61,607 nt of DNA, filler included, from Bdellovibrionota bacterium (GCA_963169515.1; 5 parts of 5 records of this genome joined end to end with filler, not necessarily neighbours in it); one strand, 5' to 3'. Shown: positions 49,803-60,715, counted from the first letter of the whole stretch. Notes: generated by a model not told the origin, from the letters alone. Program-made: numbers and translations.

Positions 49803-49839
49803 AAAAAACGAAACACTCCTGGTCCGAAGGCCAGGAGTG
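49803..49839 (-). terminator. dnaK terminator
   Basis: CACTCCTGGCC-TTCG-GACCAGGAGTG followed by TTTCGTTTTTT. Confidence 0.88.
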
Positions 49840-49860
49840 AATGAACTATTCTTTGATGAG

Positions 49861-51783
49861 CTATTCTTTCTCATTTACGTCTTTGAATTCGGCGTCGATG
49901 ACGTCTTCACCTTTGGTTGTGGATTCGTGTTGCCCGCCGCCGGCTGGACCGCCTGCTGCACCCCCATTTTGACCTTTGCCTTGGGCCGTTTGAGCTTTAT
50001 AAAGCTCAGTGCTCAATTCATGGGATGCCTTTGTTAATTTATCAAAAGCATTTTTCAAAACAACAGCGTCTTGCGAATCCAAAACTTTTTTCGCATCGGC
50101 AATTTCAGTTTCAACGTGTGTTTTCATTGTTGCTGGAATTTTGTCACCGTTTTCACGAATGATTTTTTCTGTTTGATAAATCAAGCTGTCCAAATTGTTT
50201 TTAGCCATGATTTGTTCACGTTTTTGACGATCTTCCTCTGCATGGGTTTCAGCATCGTTAACCATATCTTTGATTTCTGTTTCAGACAGGTTCGATCGGG
50301 CAGTGATTTTCACGGTTGCCTCTTTACCTGTTCCCAAATCTTTTGCCAGTACATTCAAAATTCCGTTGGCATCAATATCAAATGATACTTCCACTTGTGG
50401 AACCCCGCGCGGAGCTGGCGGAATTCCGGATAGCTCAAATCGACCCAGCGTTTTGTTGTTTGTAGCCATCTCACGCTCACCTTGCAGGATGTGGATGTCC
50501 ACGCTTGGCTGATTGTCAGTAGCGGTCGAAAATACTTGTGATTTTTTTGATGGGATTGTGGTGTTGCGTTCGATCAATTTTGTCATAACGCCACCCAAAG
50601 TTTCGATACCCAAAGAAAGCGGGGTCACGTCCAACAACAGAACGTCCTTCACTTCGCCACCCAAGACACCGCCTTGAACCGCGGCACCGACGGCAACCAC
50701 TTCATCCGGGTTCACAGAGCGATTTGGTTCTTTGCCAAAAAATTCTTTTACTGCTTTTTGAATTGCAGGCACACGCGTTGAACCGCCGACCAACACGACC
50801 TCGTCGATATCTTTTGCTGTCATGCCTGCATCTTTCAATGCTTTTCTGGCCGGTTCAATTGATCGCTGAACCAGCGGATCAATCATCTGTTCAAATTTGG
50901 AACGTGATAATTTCATAACAAGATGCTTCGGTCCCGATGCATCCGCCGTAATAAACGGAAGATTGATTTCTGTTTCCATTGTTGATGACAATTCGATTTT
51001 TGCTTTTTCAGCCGCCTCTTTCAGTCGCTGAAGAGCCATTTTGTCTTTTGAAAGATCGATCCCTTGATCTTTTTTAAACTCTTCAAACATCCAATCCAAA
51101 ATGATCGAGTCAAAATCATCGCCGCCAAGATGCGTATCGCCGTTTGTTGATTTTACCTCGACAACATTGTCGCCGACTTCCAAGATGGAAATATCAAACG
51201 TACCGCCCCCGAAGTCATATACTGCGATTTTTTGATCTTTCTTTTTATCTAAACCGTACGCAAGGGCTGCCGCCGTAGGTTCGTTGATGATCCGCTTCAC
51301 GTCAAGTCCGGCGATTCGACCCGCGTCTTTTGTAGCTTGTCTTTGGGAGTCGTTAAAATATGCGGGAACTGTAATCACCGCCTCGGTCACCTCGTGCCCA
51401 AGGTAATTTTCAGCCGTGCGTTTTAATTTCATTAAAACTTCTGCAGAAATCTGCTCCGGGGCGTAATCTTCATTGCGAACTCGGAAGGCCACGCCGTTGC
51501 CTTTTGCGACTACTGTATAAGGAATCCGTTTCATTTCAGATTGAACTTCACCGAGTGCCCGGCCAATGAACCGCTTTGCAGAGTAAATCGTATTTTCAGG
51601 ATTGGTCACCGCTTGACGTTTTGCCAATTGACCAACCAGTCTTTCGCCGTCCTTTGTAAAAGCCACAACAGAAGGGGTCGTCCGTCCGCCTTCTTCATTT
51701 GTTAAAACCTTTGGTTCGCCGCCTTCCATAATTGCAACGCAAGAGTTTGTTGTACCTAAATCGATTCCTATAATTTTGCCCAT
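49861..51783 (-). CDS. dnaK: chaperone DnaK
   Basis: [42 protein letters not shown]. Confidence 0.99.
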   Translation of the reverse strand: MGKIIGIDLGTTNSCVAIMEGGEPKVLTNEEGGRTTPSVVAFTKDGERLVGQLAKRQAVTNPENTIYSAKRFIGRALGEVQSEMKRIPYTVVAKGNGVAFRVRNEDYAPEQISAEVLMKLKRTAENYLGHEVTEAVITVPAYFNDSQRQATKDAGRIAGLDVKRIINEPTAAALAYGLDKKKDQKIAVYDFGGGTFDISILEVGDNVVEVKSTNGDTHLGGDDFDSIILDWMFEEFKKDQGIDLSKDKMALQRLKEAAEKAKIELSSTMETEINLPFITADASGPKHLVMKLSRSKFEQMIDPLVQRSIEPARKALKDAGMTAKDIDEVVLVGGSTRVPAIQKAVKEFFGKEPNRSVNPDEVVAVGAAVQGGVLGGEVKDVLLLDVTPLSLGIETLGGVMTKLIERNTTIPSKKSQVFSTATDNQPSVDIHILQGEREMATNNKTLGRFELSGIPPAPRGVPQVEVSFDIDANGILNVLAKDLGTGKEATVKITARSNLSETEIKDMVNDAETHAEEDRQKREQIMAKNNLDSLIYQTEKIIRENGDKIPATMKTHVETEIADAKKVLDSQDAVVLKNAFDKLTKASHELSTELYKAQTAQGKGQNGGAAGGPAGGGQHESTTKGEDVIDAEFKDVNEKE

Positions 51784-51820
51784 CTGAATACTCCCTAAAA
51801 AGTATAAAATTCTGATCTAA

Positions 51821-51849
51821 ACATGTGTTTCCGGGTTTGAAACGTCAAG
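51821..51849 (-). promoter_or_regulatory. possible sigma32-like heat-shock promoter for dnaK
   Basis: CTTGAC-N15-ACACATGT versus consensus CTTGAA-N13-17-CCCCATNT. Confidence 0.35.
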
Positions 51850-51858
51850 CCCTTCCCA

Positions 51859-52956
51859 CTAACTAAATATGCCTTTTTTGCCCTTCACTTTGTCTCCACG
51901 TAACTTTGCGATTTCCCTTAGCATTTCCTCTTCGTCTTTTTTTAATTTTTTGGGGATTTCTACTTCCACTTCAAAATAAATATCGCCTCGGGCTGAAGAC
52001 TTCAACGACGGCACACCCTCGCCCTCTAATTTGATCTGTTCCCCTGTTTGGGTTCCAGCTGGAACTTCGACCTTGGATTTTCCAGTCAATGTATCAACTT
52101 CGACTTCACTACCCAACAAGGCTTGAATGTAATTAATTTTTAATGTTCCAAAAAGATCTTTTGATTGGCGCTGGAACTTTGGGTGATCATGGACACGAAT
52201 TTCTACGTATAAATCACCCGGCCCGCCACCATTGTAGCCACCTTCACCCTCGCCCGCGACACGCAATCGCACGCCCGTGTCAACACCGGCAGGGACTTTG
52301 ACTTTGATTTTCTTTTCGTTAACAACACGGCCGTTTCCACGACAATCCGCACACGGCTTTTTGATTTTTTGACCACGGCCACGACAAGCTGGACACGCCG
52401 AGGCCATTTGGAAAAAACCCTGGGATTGAATTACCTTGCCCCGCCCACCGCACATAGCACAGGTTTCCGTTCCGAATTTTGGATCAGCGCCACTTCCTTC
52501 GCAAGTTTCGCAACCATCTTCTGTTTCAAAACGGATGTCTTTTTCAATTCCCGTAAGTACCTGCTTTAAATCAAGCTCCAAAAGATATCGTAGATCAGAA
52601 CCGCGCTGATTACGTGAACGACCTGAACGAGTTTCACCAAAAAAATCGCTAAAAATATCCCCGAAGGCTTCGAAAATATCGTTTACATCTGTAAATCCGC
52701 CACCAAAACCCCCGCCCCGACCATTCCGAGTAAAAGCCGCATGGCCAAACTGGTCATATTGGGTTCGTTTTTGGGGGTTTCCCAGAACTTCATAGGCCTG
52801 AGCCGCTTCTTTAAATTTACTTTCGGCCTCTTTGTTGTCAGGATTTTTGTCCGGATGAAATTGTAACGCAAGCTTCCTATAAGCTTTCTTAATTGCATCC
52901 TGATCGGCGGTCTTTGTGACGCCGAGAATTTGATAGTAATCCCGCTCCTCTGCCAT
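51859..52956 (-). CDS. dnaJ: chaperone DnaJ (class A)
   Basis: J domain HPD, G/F region, four CxxCxGxG; start placed at MAEERDYY. Confidence 0.97.
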   Translation of the reverse strand: MAEERDYYQILGVTKTADQDAIKKAYRKLALQFHPDKNPDNKEAESKFKEAAQAYEVLGNPQKRTQYDQFGHAAFTRNGRGGGFGGGFTDVNDIFEAFGDIFSDFFGETRSGRSRNQRGSDLRYLLELDLKQVLTGIEKDIRFETEDGCETCEGSGADPKFGTETCAMCGGRGKVIQSQGFFQMASACPACRGRGQKIKKPCADCRGNGRVVNEKKIKVKVPAGVDTGVRLRVAGEGEGGYNGGGPGDLYVEIRVHDHPKFQRQSKDLFGTLKINYIQALLGSEVEVDTLTGKSKVEVPAGTQTGEQIKLEGEGVPSLKSSARGDIYFEVEVEIPKKLKKDEEEMLREIAKLRGDKVKGKKGIFS

Positions 52957-53048
52957 TGCGGTAATTTGGATACGAAGGCGCCTTTTGTCAAATTCAAACA
53001 CTTTTGAAATGACAAACAATCGGGGGGCGATAAACTAATTTATAAACT

Positions 53049-54452
53049 ATGGTTTTTACACGTTTTTTAATAAAACACATTTCATGGGCGACCGTTGGAC
53101 TGTGTGCTTTTTTATTAGCAATTTTCCAGTTTCGAGATGGAACCTTTGGTTTTCCTGCCTCACTTTTTGATTATGGGGCCCACATACATCTGCTTTCTTT
53201 CATTTTTAACAACGATATTCTGTATATGGGACAAATATCAGTTTTCGGATACGTTCTGAAATTGCCGATGGCCGTTTATAATGGAATGTTGGGCTCGCAT
53301 TTTTTAGCCGCTCCGTTTATTTGGGCCGGCCTTACCATTCCGACGGCCATGCTGTTGGTTTCCAACTTATCCTTGTTACTTTTAATTTATGTTTCGATTC
53401 AACTTTATAGGCAGAAAAAAACTTTCTTTGGGGGCGCCACCAGCTTAGTTGCTATGATTGTTTTTACCTTACCCGCATTTTTTTATATGGCGTGGATGGG
53501 CTGGTATTCCCAAGTGGTTAGCACCGGGTTTTACGCCCTCAGTTTATATCTTTTGTTAAATCAAAAAAATAAATATGCACTTGCAGCCCTTTTTGTGGCG
53601 GCCTTCTGTTATCCAGACGCGCTTTTATGGATATTGCCAGTGATTACATTCAATTTGTATCAAGCCCGCAAAAGCATATTTCGAACTATTTCCGTTTTAT
53701 TTTTAGTGTTGTTTCAGGCGATTCTGCTCTATGAACACTCGCGAAGGATTGGACAGCCTGGTACGGCAGACTCAATGATCACCGTCCATTTTTTATTTGC
53801 CATGGCCTTCGTTCTTTTTGGCTTAAAAAAATGGAGACTGATGAATTCAATAGAAAGAATTTCTCTTTTTTATTTGTTCTATTCTTTGTTTCTATTGAAT
53901 TTAGGAATTCTAACTTCAGGCGAGCTTACCTATCGCGCATTAAAAAATACATTTTGGGTGGCTATTATATTGCCCATTTTTCTAAGCCAATTAGCTCAAA
54001 CCACAATTTGGAAAAAAGCTGTTTTTGTGACGATACTAATTGTCGCAATATTCATAGCAAAAAATGAATTCTGGTTCTCTGGAAAGCGCTATGTGAATTA
54101 TATGCGCGCTGACTCAATTTTTTCAAACAAAGACGAAGAGGTTGTAAAACTCAAAGGATGCAAAAATCAAATTGTCCTTCCCAAGTGGGATGACAACAGA
54201 AAGCTTTTAATTCTTAGCGCAAACCGTTATTCAAAATACAGTTCTAAGTTTCTAAAGAACAGCTCAAACGCGTATCGTGATCTTCGCGAAAGCGAGCCAG
54301 TAGTTATTGGAAAAATCAAATCATTCAACGCATCCCTGACAGACCAGGAGCAGCTTCGGTGCATTATTACTAACAATGAAAATTTGAATCAATACTTTCC
54401 AGATGCAAAAAAAAGCTCAATAGACTCTAGATGGTACCGCTTAGATCTATGA
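53049..54452 (+). CDS. polytopic membrane protein, possible GT-C glycosyltransferase
   Basis: About 12 TM helices, D..H in the first loop, YP motif, soluble C-terminus. Confidence 0.6.
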   Translation: MVFTRFLIKHISWATVGLCAFLLAIFQFRDGTFGFPASLFDYGAHIHLLSFIFNNDILYMGQISVFGYVLKLPMAVYNGMLGSHFLAAPFIWAGLTIPTAMLLVSNLSLLLLIYVSIQLYRQKKTFFGGATSLVAMIVFTLPAFFYMAWMGWYSQVVSTGFYALSLYLLLNQKNKYALAALFVAAFCYPDALLWILPVITFNLYQARKSIFRTISVLFLVLFQAILLYEHSRRIGQPGTADSMITVHFLFAMAFVLFGLKKWRLMNSIERISLFYLFYSLFLLNLGILTSGELTYRALKNTFWVAIILPIFLSQLAQTTIWKKAVFVTILIVAIFIAKNEFWFSGKRYVNYMRADSIFSNKDEEVVKLKGCKNQIVLPKWDDNRKLLILSANRYSKYSSKFLKNSSNAYRDLRESEPVVIGKIKSFNASLTDQEQLRCIITNNENLNQYFPDAKKSSIDSRWYRLDL

Positions 54453-56185
54453 CAGGCGAGCGACGAAATATCACCATTTTATTTTTTGTTTGGGTTTGCG
54501 TTGTTATTTTTTATTTACCCGGGATAAGCGATGGATTTTATACCCTGGATGATCTTTCCCTTGTTGACATTCCCGTTTTTCACTACCCATTCGATGCTCA
54601 GACCCTCTGGACGCTTTTCACCCCCGGGTGGCACATCGATTTTTATCCTATTCGGGATTTAAGTTACGCCATTGACGTTTATGCCTTTGGCGCCAGCACC
54701 AATATTGCAAATGGATTTATTTTTCGTATGCATAACTTTGTGCTTTTTCTGCTGAGCGCTCTTTTGTTATATAAAATATTAAGCCGATACCACAAGCCCG
54801 GCGCGCTGTTGTTAACGCTTTTTTGGATTTTAAATCCCTATCATGCAGAAATACTTATGTGGATTTCAGCACGAAAAGATATTTTGGCTATTTTTTTCTT
54901 TCTGCTTTCTGTTCTACTTTTTCAAAAAAAATGTTTTCTTTTATCAGTCGGAAGTTTTCTGCTTAGCCTTTTATCAAAAGCAACCTTCGGCTTGGTCCCA
55001 GCCCTTGGTTTGATTTATTTCTATTTCAAAAAACCGCGTCAACTTCAAAGACAGCGGCTTGCATCGCTCGGATTTATGTTGGCGCTTGGGCTTGCATCCT
55101 CAATCTTTCAATCTTGGTTTTATACCGTCGTACATGACATGCGTATGAATTACGAATGGGGTTATAGATTGAAAGCGAGCCTTGCAGCTCTGGGCAGAAT
55201 GGCAGTGGGTCTTCTTGCCCCGACGGTAAATGCGATTGACACCGACAATTGGGGAATGTGGCTTGAATGGAACAAGCAGTTTATTCCTATTGGGATTTTT
55301 GTAATCATTATTTTTCTTGGATTGCTTATGATCGCATTTCGACAAAAAAACTGGGGCCGCGTTTTTATACTGATCGCGCTGGTATTGCTATACATCCCCA
55401 TATCCGGCCTGATTTTCCCACACCGACAGTTTTATTCTGTTAGGTATTTTGAGCCCGTTTTTCTTGGACTTATTTTTTATTTTTCGACATTTAATATGGC
55501 AAAATATAATATTTCAAAATACAAATATCTGCTTTATTTCTTCTTTGCCACCATGTCCATTTTGGCCTGGAATGAAAGTAAAAACTGGCACTCTTCGCTC
55601 GCCGCAGAATCAAAAGAATTAAAGCGCACCCCAGAAAACACCGCAGTCCAGAGCATCCATCTGGCGGGACTTATAAATAACCTAAGCAATTTGTCAGACG
55701 CCGAGAAAACATCTATGCAGGCAATACAAAAACAACTGGTTATGACTTGCGAGCATGAAATTTTACCGAGCCGAAACGGTCACTCTTGCATTAATTATTG
55801 GTTGCAATTTGGAAGTCGAAGCAAAACACACATTGAGAGCGGCATTAAAGTTAGCCTTTCGGATTCTAATCTACTTCAACTGAGTAGCAAAAATTTTGAT
55901 CCATCATATAAACGACGTCAATTGAAGTTAAAAATTCAAGAACCCGGTTATCCAGATCCCGGCGTTGCGAAAGAGGCGCTGGCTCTGCCATCAATGCAAA
56001 TTACAGAGTTAGACCGAATATACATTGGGAGATATCTCTGTTTTCTGAATAATGACCAAGGCACAAACTACCTGAGAAAATTAGTTAAAAACAAAACGGT
56101 CCGCAAGCAGGGTATTTCACAGCTCATGGCTGAAGCACATAATTTAAAAAAATGTCTTTTTATTACTTTGCAAGAATCGCTCTGA
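54449..56185 (+). CDS. TMTC/PMT-like GT-C membrane glycosyltransferase
   Basis: FYTLDD, FYPIRDLSY, HNF, PYHAE..WISARKD, LLSK, RY, W; ATGA overlap. Confidence 0.75.
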   Translation: MTGERRNITILFFVWVCVVIFYLPGISDGFYTLDDLSLVDIPVFHYPFDAQTLWTLFTPGWHIDFYPIRDLSYAIDVYAFGASTNIANGFIFRMHNFVLFLLSALLLYKILSRYHKPGALLLTLFWILNPYHAEILMWISARKDILAIFFFLLSVLLFQKKCFLLSVGSFLLSLLSKATFGLVPALGLIYFYFKKPRQLQRQRLASLGFMLALGLASSIFQSWFYTVVHDMRMNYEWGYRLKASLAALGRMAVGLLAPTVNAIDTDNWGMWLEWNKQFIPIGIFVIIIFLGLLMIAFRQKNWGRVFILIALVLLYIPISGLIFPHRQFYSVRYFEPVFLGLIFYFSTFNMAKYNISKYKYLLYFFFATMSILAWNESKNWHSSLAAESKELKRTPENTAVQSIHLAGLINNLSNLSDAEKTSMQAIQKQLVMTCEHEILPSRNGHSCINYWLQFGSRSKTHIESGIKVSLSDSNLLQLSSKNFDPSYKRRQLKLKIQEPGYPDPGVAKEALALPSMQITELDRIYIGRYLCFLNNDQGTNYLRKLVKNKTVRKQGISQLMAEAHNLKKCLFITLQESL

Positions 56186-56891
56186 TTTCTTTTAGCTTCT
56201 GCTCAGCGCGTTGTTTTGCATATCCTGTTGGTTCTGTTCTAAGGAAATCTTCTAATAAAACTTTGGCTATTTGCGTCTGCCCTGATTCCGTATAAATTCC
56301 AGCAATCAAAGACGCCAACCACCCCGCACCACCATTTTTCAAGCTCACATTAAACAATTCTGCCGCACGTTTTTTGTCTTGAATTTCGTAAAGGTAATGG
56401 TAGCCTGCTCGAAAATTTAAGTTTTGATCGTTGGGGAAATACTTAAGCCCCTTTTCAAAAATTCGACGAGCACCCTCTCGATCATCCACGATAACACTTA
56501 GAACAACACCACCTAAGATATAAATTGAACGAAACCGTGGAACCATTTCAGAGATCACATCAAGCATATGATAGGACCAGGAAAGATTACAACGTGAGGG
56601 TGGCATATCAAAATCTAGAATATTACCCAGTGTATTGCCCTGATTATTAGAGGGCGCCTGCTCTGGATTTTGTTCACAAATGCCAGAGTACTGAAGATAA
56701 TTTAGATAAAAGCTTCCTGCGACCGAATTTTTATAACCTAACGTAAAATTCAAAATAGTTGTCGATGGGTTGATTCGCCTTACCTCAAAGATCATTGGGG
56801 TTGCCCCTTTTTGAGTGTAGTAAACGCCCCAAATGCTAATGAAAAAGAGTGTTAAAAAAGGTAAAATATCTAAGGACTTGAGCTTAGTCAT
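56163..56891 (-). CDS. membrane-anchored TPR-like protein downstream of pilin (PilG-like by position)
   Basis: N-terminal TM; GARRIFEKGLKYFPND..FRAGYHYLYE helical repeats. Confidence 0.65.
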   Translation of the reverse strand: MTKLKSLDILPFLTLFFISIWGVYYTQKGATPMIFEVRRINPSTTILNFTLGYKNSVAGSFYLNYLQYSGICEQNPEQAPSNNQGNTLGNILDFDMPPSRCNLSWSYHMLDVISEMVPRFRSIYILGGVVLSVIVDDREGARRIFEKGLKYFPNDQNLNFRAGYHYLYEIQDKKRAAELFNVSLKNGGAGWLASLIAGIYTESGQTQIAKVLLEDFLRTEPTGYAKQRAEQKLKEIRAILAK

Positions 56892-56899
56892 CAAAAAAT

Positions 56900-56927
56900 A
56901 AAAAAGGCGGCTATCCCCGCCTTTTTT
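56900..56927. terminator. terminator/attenuator after pilin
   Basis: AAAAAAGGCGG-CTATCC-CCGCCTTTTTT. Confidence 0.85.
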
Positions 56928-56944
56928 AGACAATTGCAAATTAT

Positions 56945-57324
56945 TTAGATGCCGTTTGTTGCATTTGTTAATATCTTCTGATGGGTCATATCCCAAACAT
57001 CATTACGGCCATTTGTTCCGATGTTTCCAAAAGCCCGGATTGTGAAAACACTGCCATCTGGATTGCCCGCAGGATTGTTCAATGTTGCCCCTGTTACAGC
57101 GACAACCGCGCCGAAAGCACCCGGCCAACGGCAATTAGACGTACTGTACGGAGCAGACGTACAAATTTGGTTCGTGGTATAGTGCAATGCTGCCGCAGCA
57201 CCTAACGCAAGTGGATCGCGCGGACCTTGATCTTCACCGGCATTACCTGAGTCCCCTGCCGTATTGAAGCCCGAGTTGTAAAGTATATCGCCTTCAGGGA
57301 TGTAGTTTACGCGAATCAAATTAT
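56945..57324 (-). CDS. pilA: type IV major pilin, C-terminal part
   Basis: Y.PEG..LYNSGF, Cys pair, and a FTIRAFGNI...DVWDMTHQKILTN.TNGI ending typical of deltaproteobacterial pilins; strong terminator; the prepilin N-terminus is lost in the gap. Confidence 0.7.
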
Positions 57325-57424
57325 NNNNNNNNNNNNNNNNNNNNNNNNNNNNNNNNNNNNNNNNNNNNTTAATTAATTAANNNNNNNNNNNNNNNNNNNN
57401 NNNNNNNNNNNNNNNNNNNNNNNN
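57325..57424. other. artificial contig linker
   Basis: N44-TTAATTAATTAA-N44. Confidence 0.98.
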
Positions 57425-58406
57425 GCGGCTTACGAACGGGGAATCGCACGCCACAGATGTGACAAATGCGTCGCGTACTCAACTGATGAATATTAAAACC
57501 GGAAAATGGGACAAGGAACTTTTGAAAATTTTTAATGTTCCAGAGTCCCTGCTACCCGAAATCAAACCTTCCAGCGGCTTATTTGGAAAAACAAAAAAAT
57601 GTCACGTATTGCCCGATGGTATTTCAATCTCGGGAATCGCCGGAGACCAACAGTCCGCGCTTTTTGGTCAAGCGTGCTTTGCTGTCGGTGAAGCAAAATG
57701 TACCTATGGCACAGGGAGCTTTTTGTTGATGAATACGGGATCAAAAATGGTGTCTTCCAAATCAGGAATGCTTACGACTGTCGCGTGGCAATTACGAGAT
57801 GAAAAAAAATTGACTTATGCGCTCGAGGGCTCCGTTTTTGTTTGTGGTGCGGCTGTTCAGTGGCTTCGCGATGGTTTAAAGTTTTTTAGAAACTCAAATG
57901 AAATTGAAGAAATGGCGGGATCCGTCCCAGATTCCGGTGGTGTCGAATTTGTTCCCGCCCTGACAGGCTTGGGTGCCCCTTATTGGGATCCTCGTGCTCG
58001 CGGTTTAATCTGTGGCATGACGCGGGGGACGACCCAGGCGCATATCGCAAGAGCAACACTTGAAGCGATTGCATTGCAAAACGCAGAGCTATTATTGGCG
58101 ATGGAAAAGGATTTGAGAAAAAAACTAAAAATACTCAAGGTTGACGGCGGCGCGTGCAGAAATAATCTTTTGATGCAAATCCAAAGTGATTATTTGAACG
58201 TACCCATTTTTAGACCGAAGATGATTGAAACAACTTCGCTTGGCGCTGCCTATCTCGCTGGGCTGGGTGTCGGGTTATGGAAAAGCACCGAAGACATCAA
58301 AAAGATTTGGAAAATCGACCAGTCGTTTAAATCCCAAATGATTGACAAGGATCGCAAAGCGCGATTTGCTTCTTGGAAAACCGCCATTAAACGAACATTA
58401 TCTTAA
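57425..58406 (+). CDS. glpK: glycerol kinase, 5'-partial
   Basis: TDVTNASRT, AGDQQSALFGQ, TYGTG, YALEGS, GLGAPYWD, VDGG. Confidence 0.96.
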
Positions 58407-58419
58407 GCGAGGTCCAGTT

Positions 58420-59262
58420 ATGAAAAAAATTCTATTTGTAGTTGCTATTGCTGCATTGGCTGCATCCGTCACAGAAGCCGATTTCAAAATTAAAAGTGTT
58501 TCAAAAGAAAAAAATATGGTGTCGGTTGACATTGGAGCTGATGCCAATATCCAGCCAGGCAATGACCTGACGGTCCAATGGCGCGACAAAGAATGTACAC
58601 TGAAAGTTTCAAAAATCAATGGAAACTTGGCGCTCGCAGATGGCCGCGAATGTGAAATTATGGATAAATTAAAAGCGGGCGACACAGTTACGCTTTCTGA
58701 TTTCCAACATGGCGGTAAGTACATGGAAACGGCACCTGTGTCTAACCCAGAGGTGGGAAGAAAGAAAACCACTTGGGACAATGACAGTGATCTAAAAGGA
58801 TTTGGTGTGACGTTGGGATACAATACCGCAGGCGAATTAAAAACTAAAACAGGTGCGGGGGAGTCAACGTCCGATAGTTCTGGCGCAGTTGCGATAGGTG
58901 TTCGTTACGTTGCAGCTCCAGAATATGGAACTGGATTTTTGATTGATTTGTCATACGAACTTTCGCGTGAATTTGAATCAGTTGGTAGCCCTAAAATGTC
59001 TCTTATTCCAATCGAGCTAAGCGGGTTATTTCGTAATGATAAAGTTTATGGTTTTGCTGGTGTGAATCTGCCGATTGTTGCATCAAATTCGGGATGGGCC
59101 TCATCACCTTCTGGCCAAATTGGCATTCAATTGGGAGTGGGCGTTCTGGCTATTCCGAAATTATCATTTGAATTATATTACCGGACTTTGAATTTTGATG
59201 TTGGAAATGCTGACTTTGCTCGTTTGTGGGGCGCTGGTCTACGTGCGGCTTATCACTTTTAA
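58420..59262 (+). CDS. outer-membrane beta-barrel protein with N-terminal extra domain
   Basis: Signal peptide; C-terminal GLRAAYHF beta-signal; GAGG RBS. Confidence 0.8.
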   Translation: MKKILFVVAIAALAASVTEADFKIKSVSKEKNMVSVDIGADANIQPGNDLTVQWRDKECTLKVSKINGNLALADGRECEIMDKLKAGDTVTLSDFQHGGKYMETAPVSNPEVGRKKTTWDNDSDLKGFGVTLGYNTAGELKTKTGAGESTSDSSGAVAIGVRYVAAPEYGTGFLIDLSYELSREFESVGSPKMSLIPIELSGLFRNDKVYGFAGVNLPIVASNSGWASSPSGQIGIQLGVGVLAIPKLSFELYYRTLNFDVGNADFARLWGAGLRAAYHF

Positions 59263-59363
59263 GAGTGTAAATTCTCTATTTACTATGTCTTAAAATCATC
59301 ACACTTCAGGCGTCCTATCGTAAACCTCGCAAACTACAAATAAATAGCTTGCGAGGTAACAAT

Positions 59364-59873
59364 ATGACAAAAAAAATCTTAATTACGTTCAGTTTAATAC
59401 TTTTAACAGCATGTGCTTCACCGAGGAAACAAAAAGAGGCACGCCTTGAGGAACAAAAGCGCAATGCATATTCTCAAACCTACTGTAACTACAACGGCGC
59501 TTATCGCAAGGGTTATAACGATGCTCAAACCCAAAAACCAATGAGCGTTGATTTGGAGCAAAATTGTGTTCCTGAAAGACGAACCCAAGTGTCGACAGGG
59601 TACATGGACGGATACCAAGCATATATAAAATCAAAACCGATGGAGTTTAATATTGGCAGTCAACCGCAGCAACAAACTCAAGTGACAGGGTTCACGTGCC
59701 TTGAATCCTACGGCAAAAAAGAATGTGGGTTTGATTGTAAGCAGGCTTATGGCACTATCAAATGCGCTAAATCTGCTGGTGAAAATTGTGTTGAAAATGC
59801 TGGGAATATTTATTGTGGCTTAAATTGTCAAATTCAGAATAATCAGGTTGTATGCAAACAAGGTCCTTACTAA
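59364..59873 (+). CDS. Cys-rich lipoprotein
   Basis: Lipobox LTAC; GY..G repeats; C-x3-[YAN][GN]-x3-C repeats. Confidence 0.82.
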   Translation: MTKKILITFSLILLTACASPRKQKEARLEEQKRNAYSQTYCNYNGAYRKGYNDAQTQKPMSVDLEQNCVPERRTQVSTGYMDGYQAYIKSKPMEFNIGSQPQQQTQVTGFTCLESYGKKECGFDCKQAYGTIKCAKSAGENCVENAGNIYCGLNCQIQNNQVVCKQGPY

Positions 59874-60268
59874 AAATTATTTTTATTGGAATTCTCTTAT
59901 GCCCCACATTTGGGTACGCGATGGCTTTGGAAGAGAGCCCCTTTGTCTTACGATGGTACCATATCGAAATGGACCGGATAGACATCAATGAATCTTACAC
60001 AGAAAATCCAACCATATTTGAATTGTGGAAGGTCGGTCATATTTTAGAAAGCTTGATCCAATTTCGTAAAGTTTCCGGTGGCGTTGAAATTGACAATCAA
60101 ATTTCTGAAGCTGCACGGGAATATATCAGTCTTGAAGACGCTTTTTATGACTCTGAGGGAACCATCGTGCCAAAAAATTTTAATAAGTTATGGTCAATGG
60201 ATTTTAGACGTGAGTTGATTAGCATGAACTTAATGCTTTTGCGCAATACGTGCGCGGACCTTTTCTGA
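59852..60268 (+). CDS. secreted hypothetical protein (paralog A)
   Basis: Signal peptide ending GYA; similar to the next ORF. Confidence 0.72.
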   Translation: MQTRSLLKIIFIGILLCPTFGYAMALEESPFVLRWYHIEMDRIDINESYTENPTIFELWKVGHILESLIQFRKVSGGVEIDNQISEAAREYISLEDAFYDSEGTIVPKNFNKLWSMDFRRELISMNLMLLRNTCADLF

Positions 60269-60292
60269 TGGATATTGCTTTGAGAATGTACA

Positions 60293-60715
60293 ATGATACT
60301 GATTGTCGCAGCTTTAATTAATCTGACCAGCATCAGCGAAGCGAATGACCTTATTTATGGTCAATATGTAGCACAAATGCTGCGCTTGAATGTTACTGCG
60401 GATGAAATCAGAAACCCTCAGCTGTATAAGCTTTGGAAGACAATTCAAGCTATAGAATATTTTTTAAGCTTAAGAAAGGCGATGGAAACACGTTCTTTGG
60501 ATTTTCGAATTGAGCAGACGGTGCGATTGTATTTAAAAATGGAAGCCTCTTTTTTTCATGAGGGAAAGGCGAATTTGTTAAGCAAGCTCCATGAGCTGCT
60601 TTCCGAAGACGCCTCTAATGAGTTGTTGGTTCAGATAAATATAGCGGATCATCAGCCTAGACTTGTAGTCGACAATTCCTGTGAGTTTTTGTTTGATGAG
60701 GTCAGATGGTTTTAG
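60293..60715 (+). CDS. secreted hypothetical protein (paralog B)
   Basis: Signal peptide ending SEA; NP..LWK motif shared with paralog A. Confidence 0.72.
   Translation: MILIVAALINLTSISEANDLIYGQYVAQMLRLNVTADEIRNPQLYKLWKTIQAIEYFLSLRKAMETRSLDFRIEQTVRLYLKMEASFFHEGKANLLSKLHELLSEDASNELLVQINIADHQPRLVVDNSCEFLFDEVRWF

Noticed and set aside
56892..56996. N-terminal extension of the 277-aa ORF
   Set aside because: It runs through the pilin end and its terminator; ATG 56891 is the more plausible start
24009..57424. Four identical TTAATTAATTAA motifs flanked by N runs
   Set aside because: Artificial six-frame-stop contig linkers, not a biological repeat; adjacency across them was not interpreted
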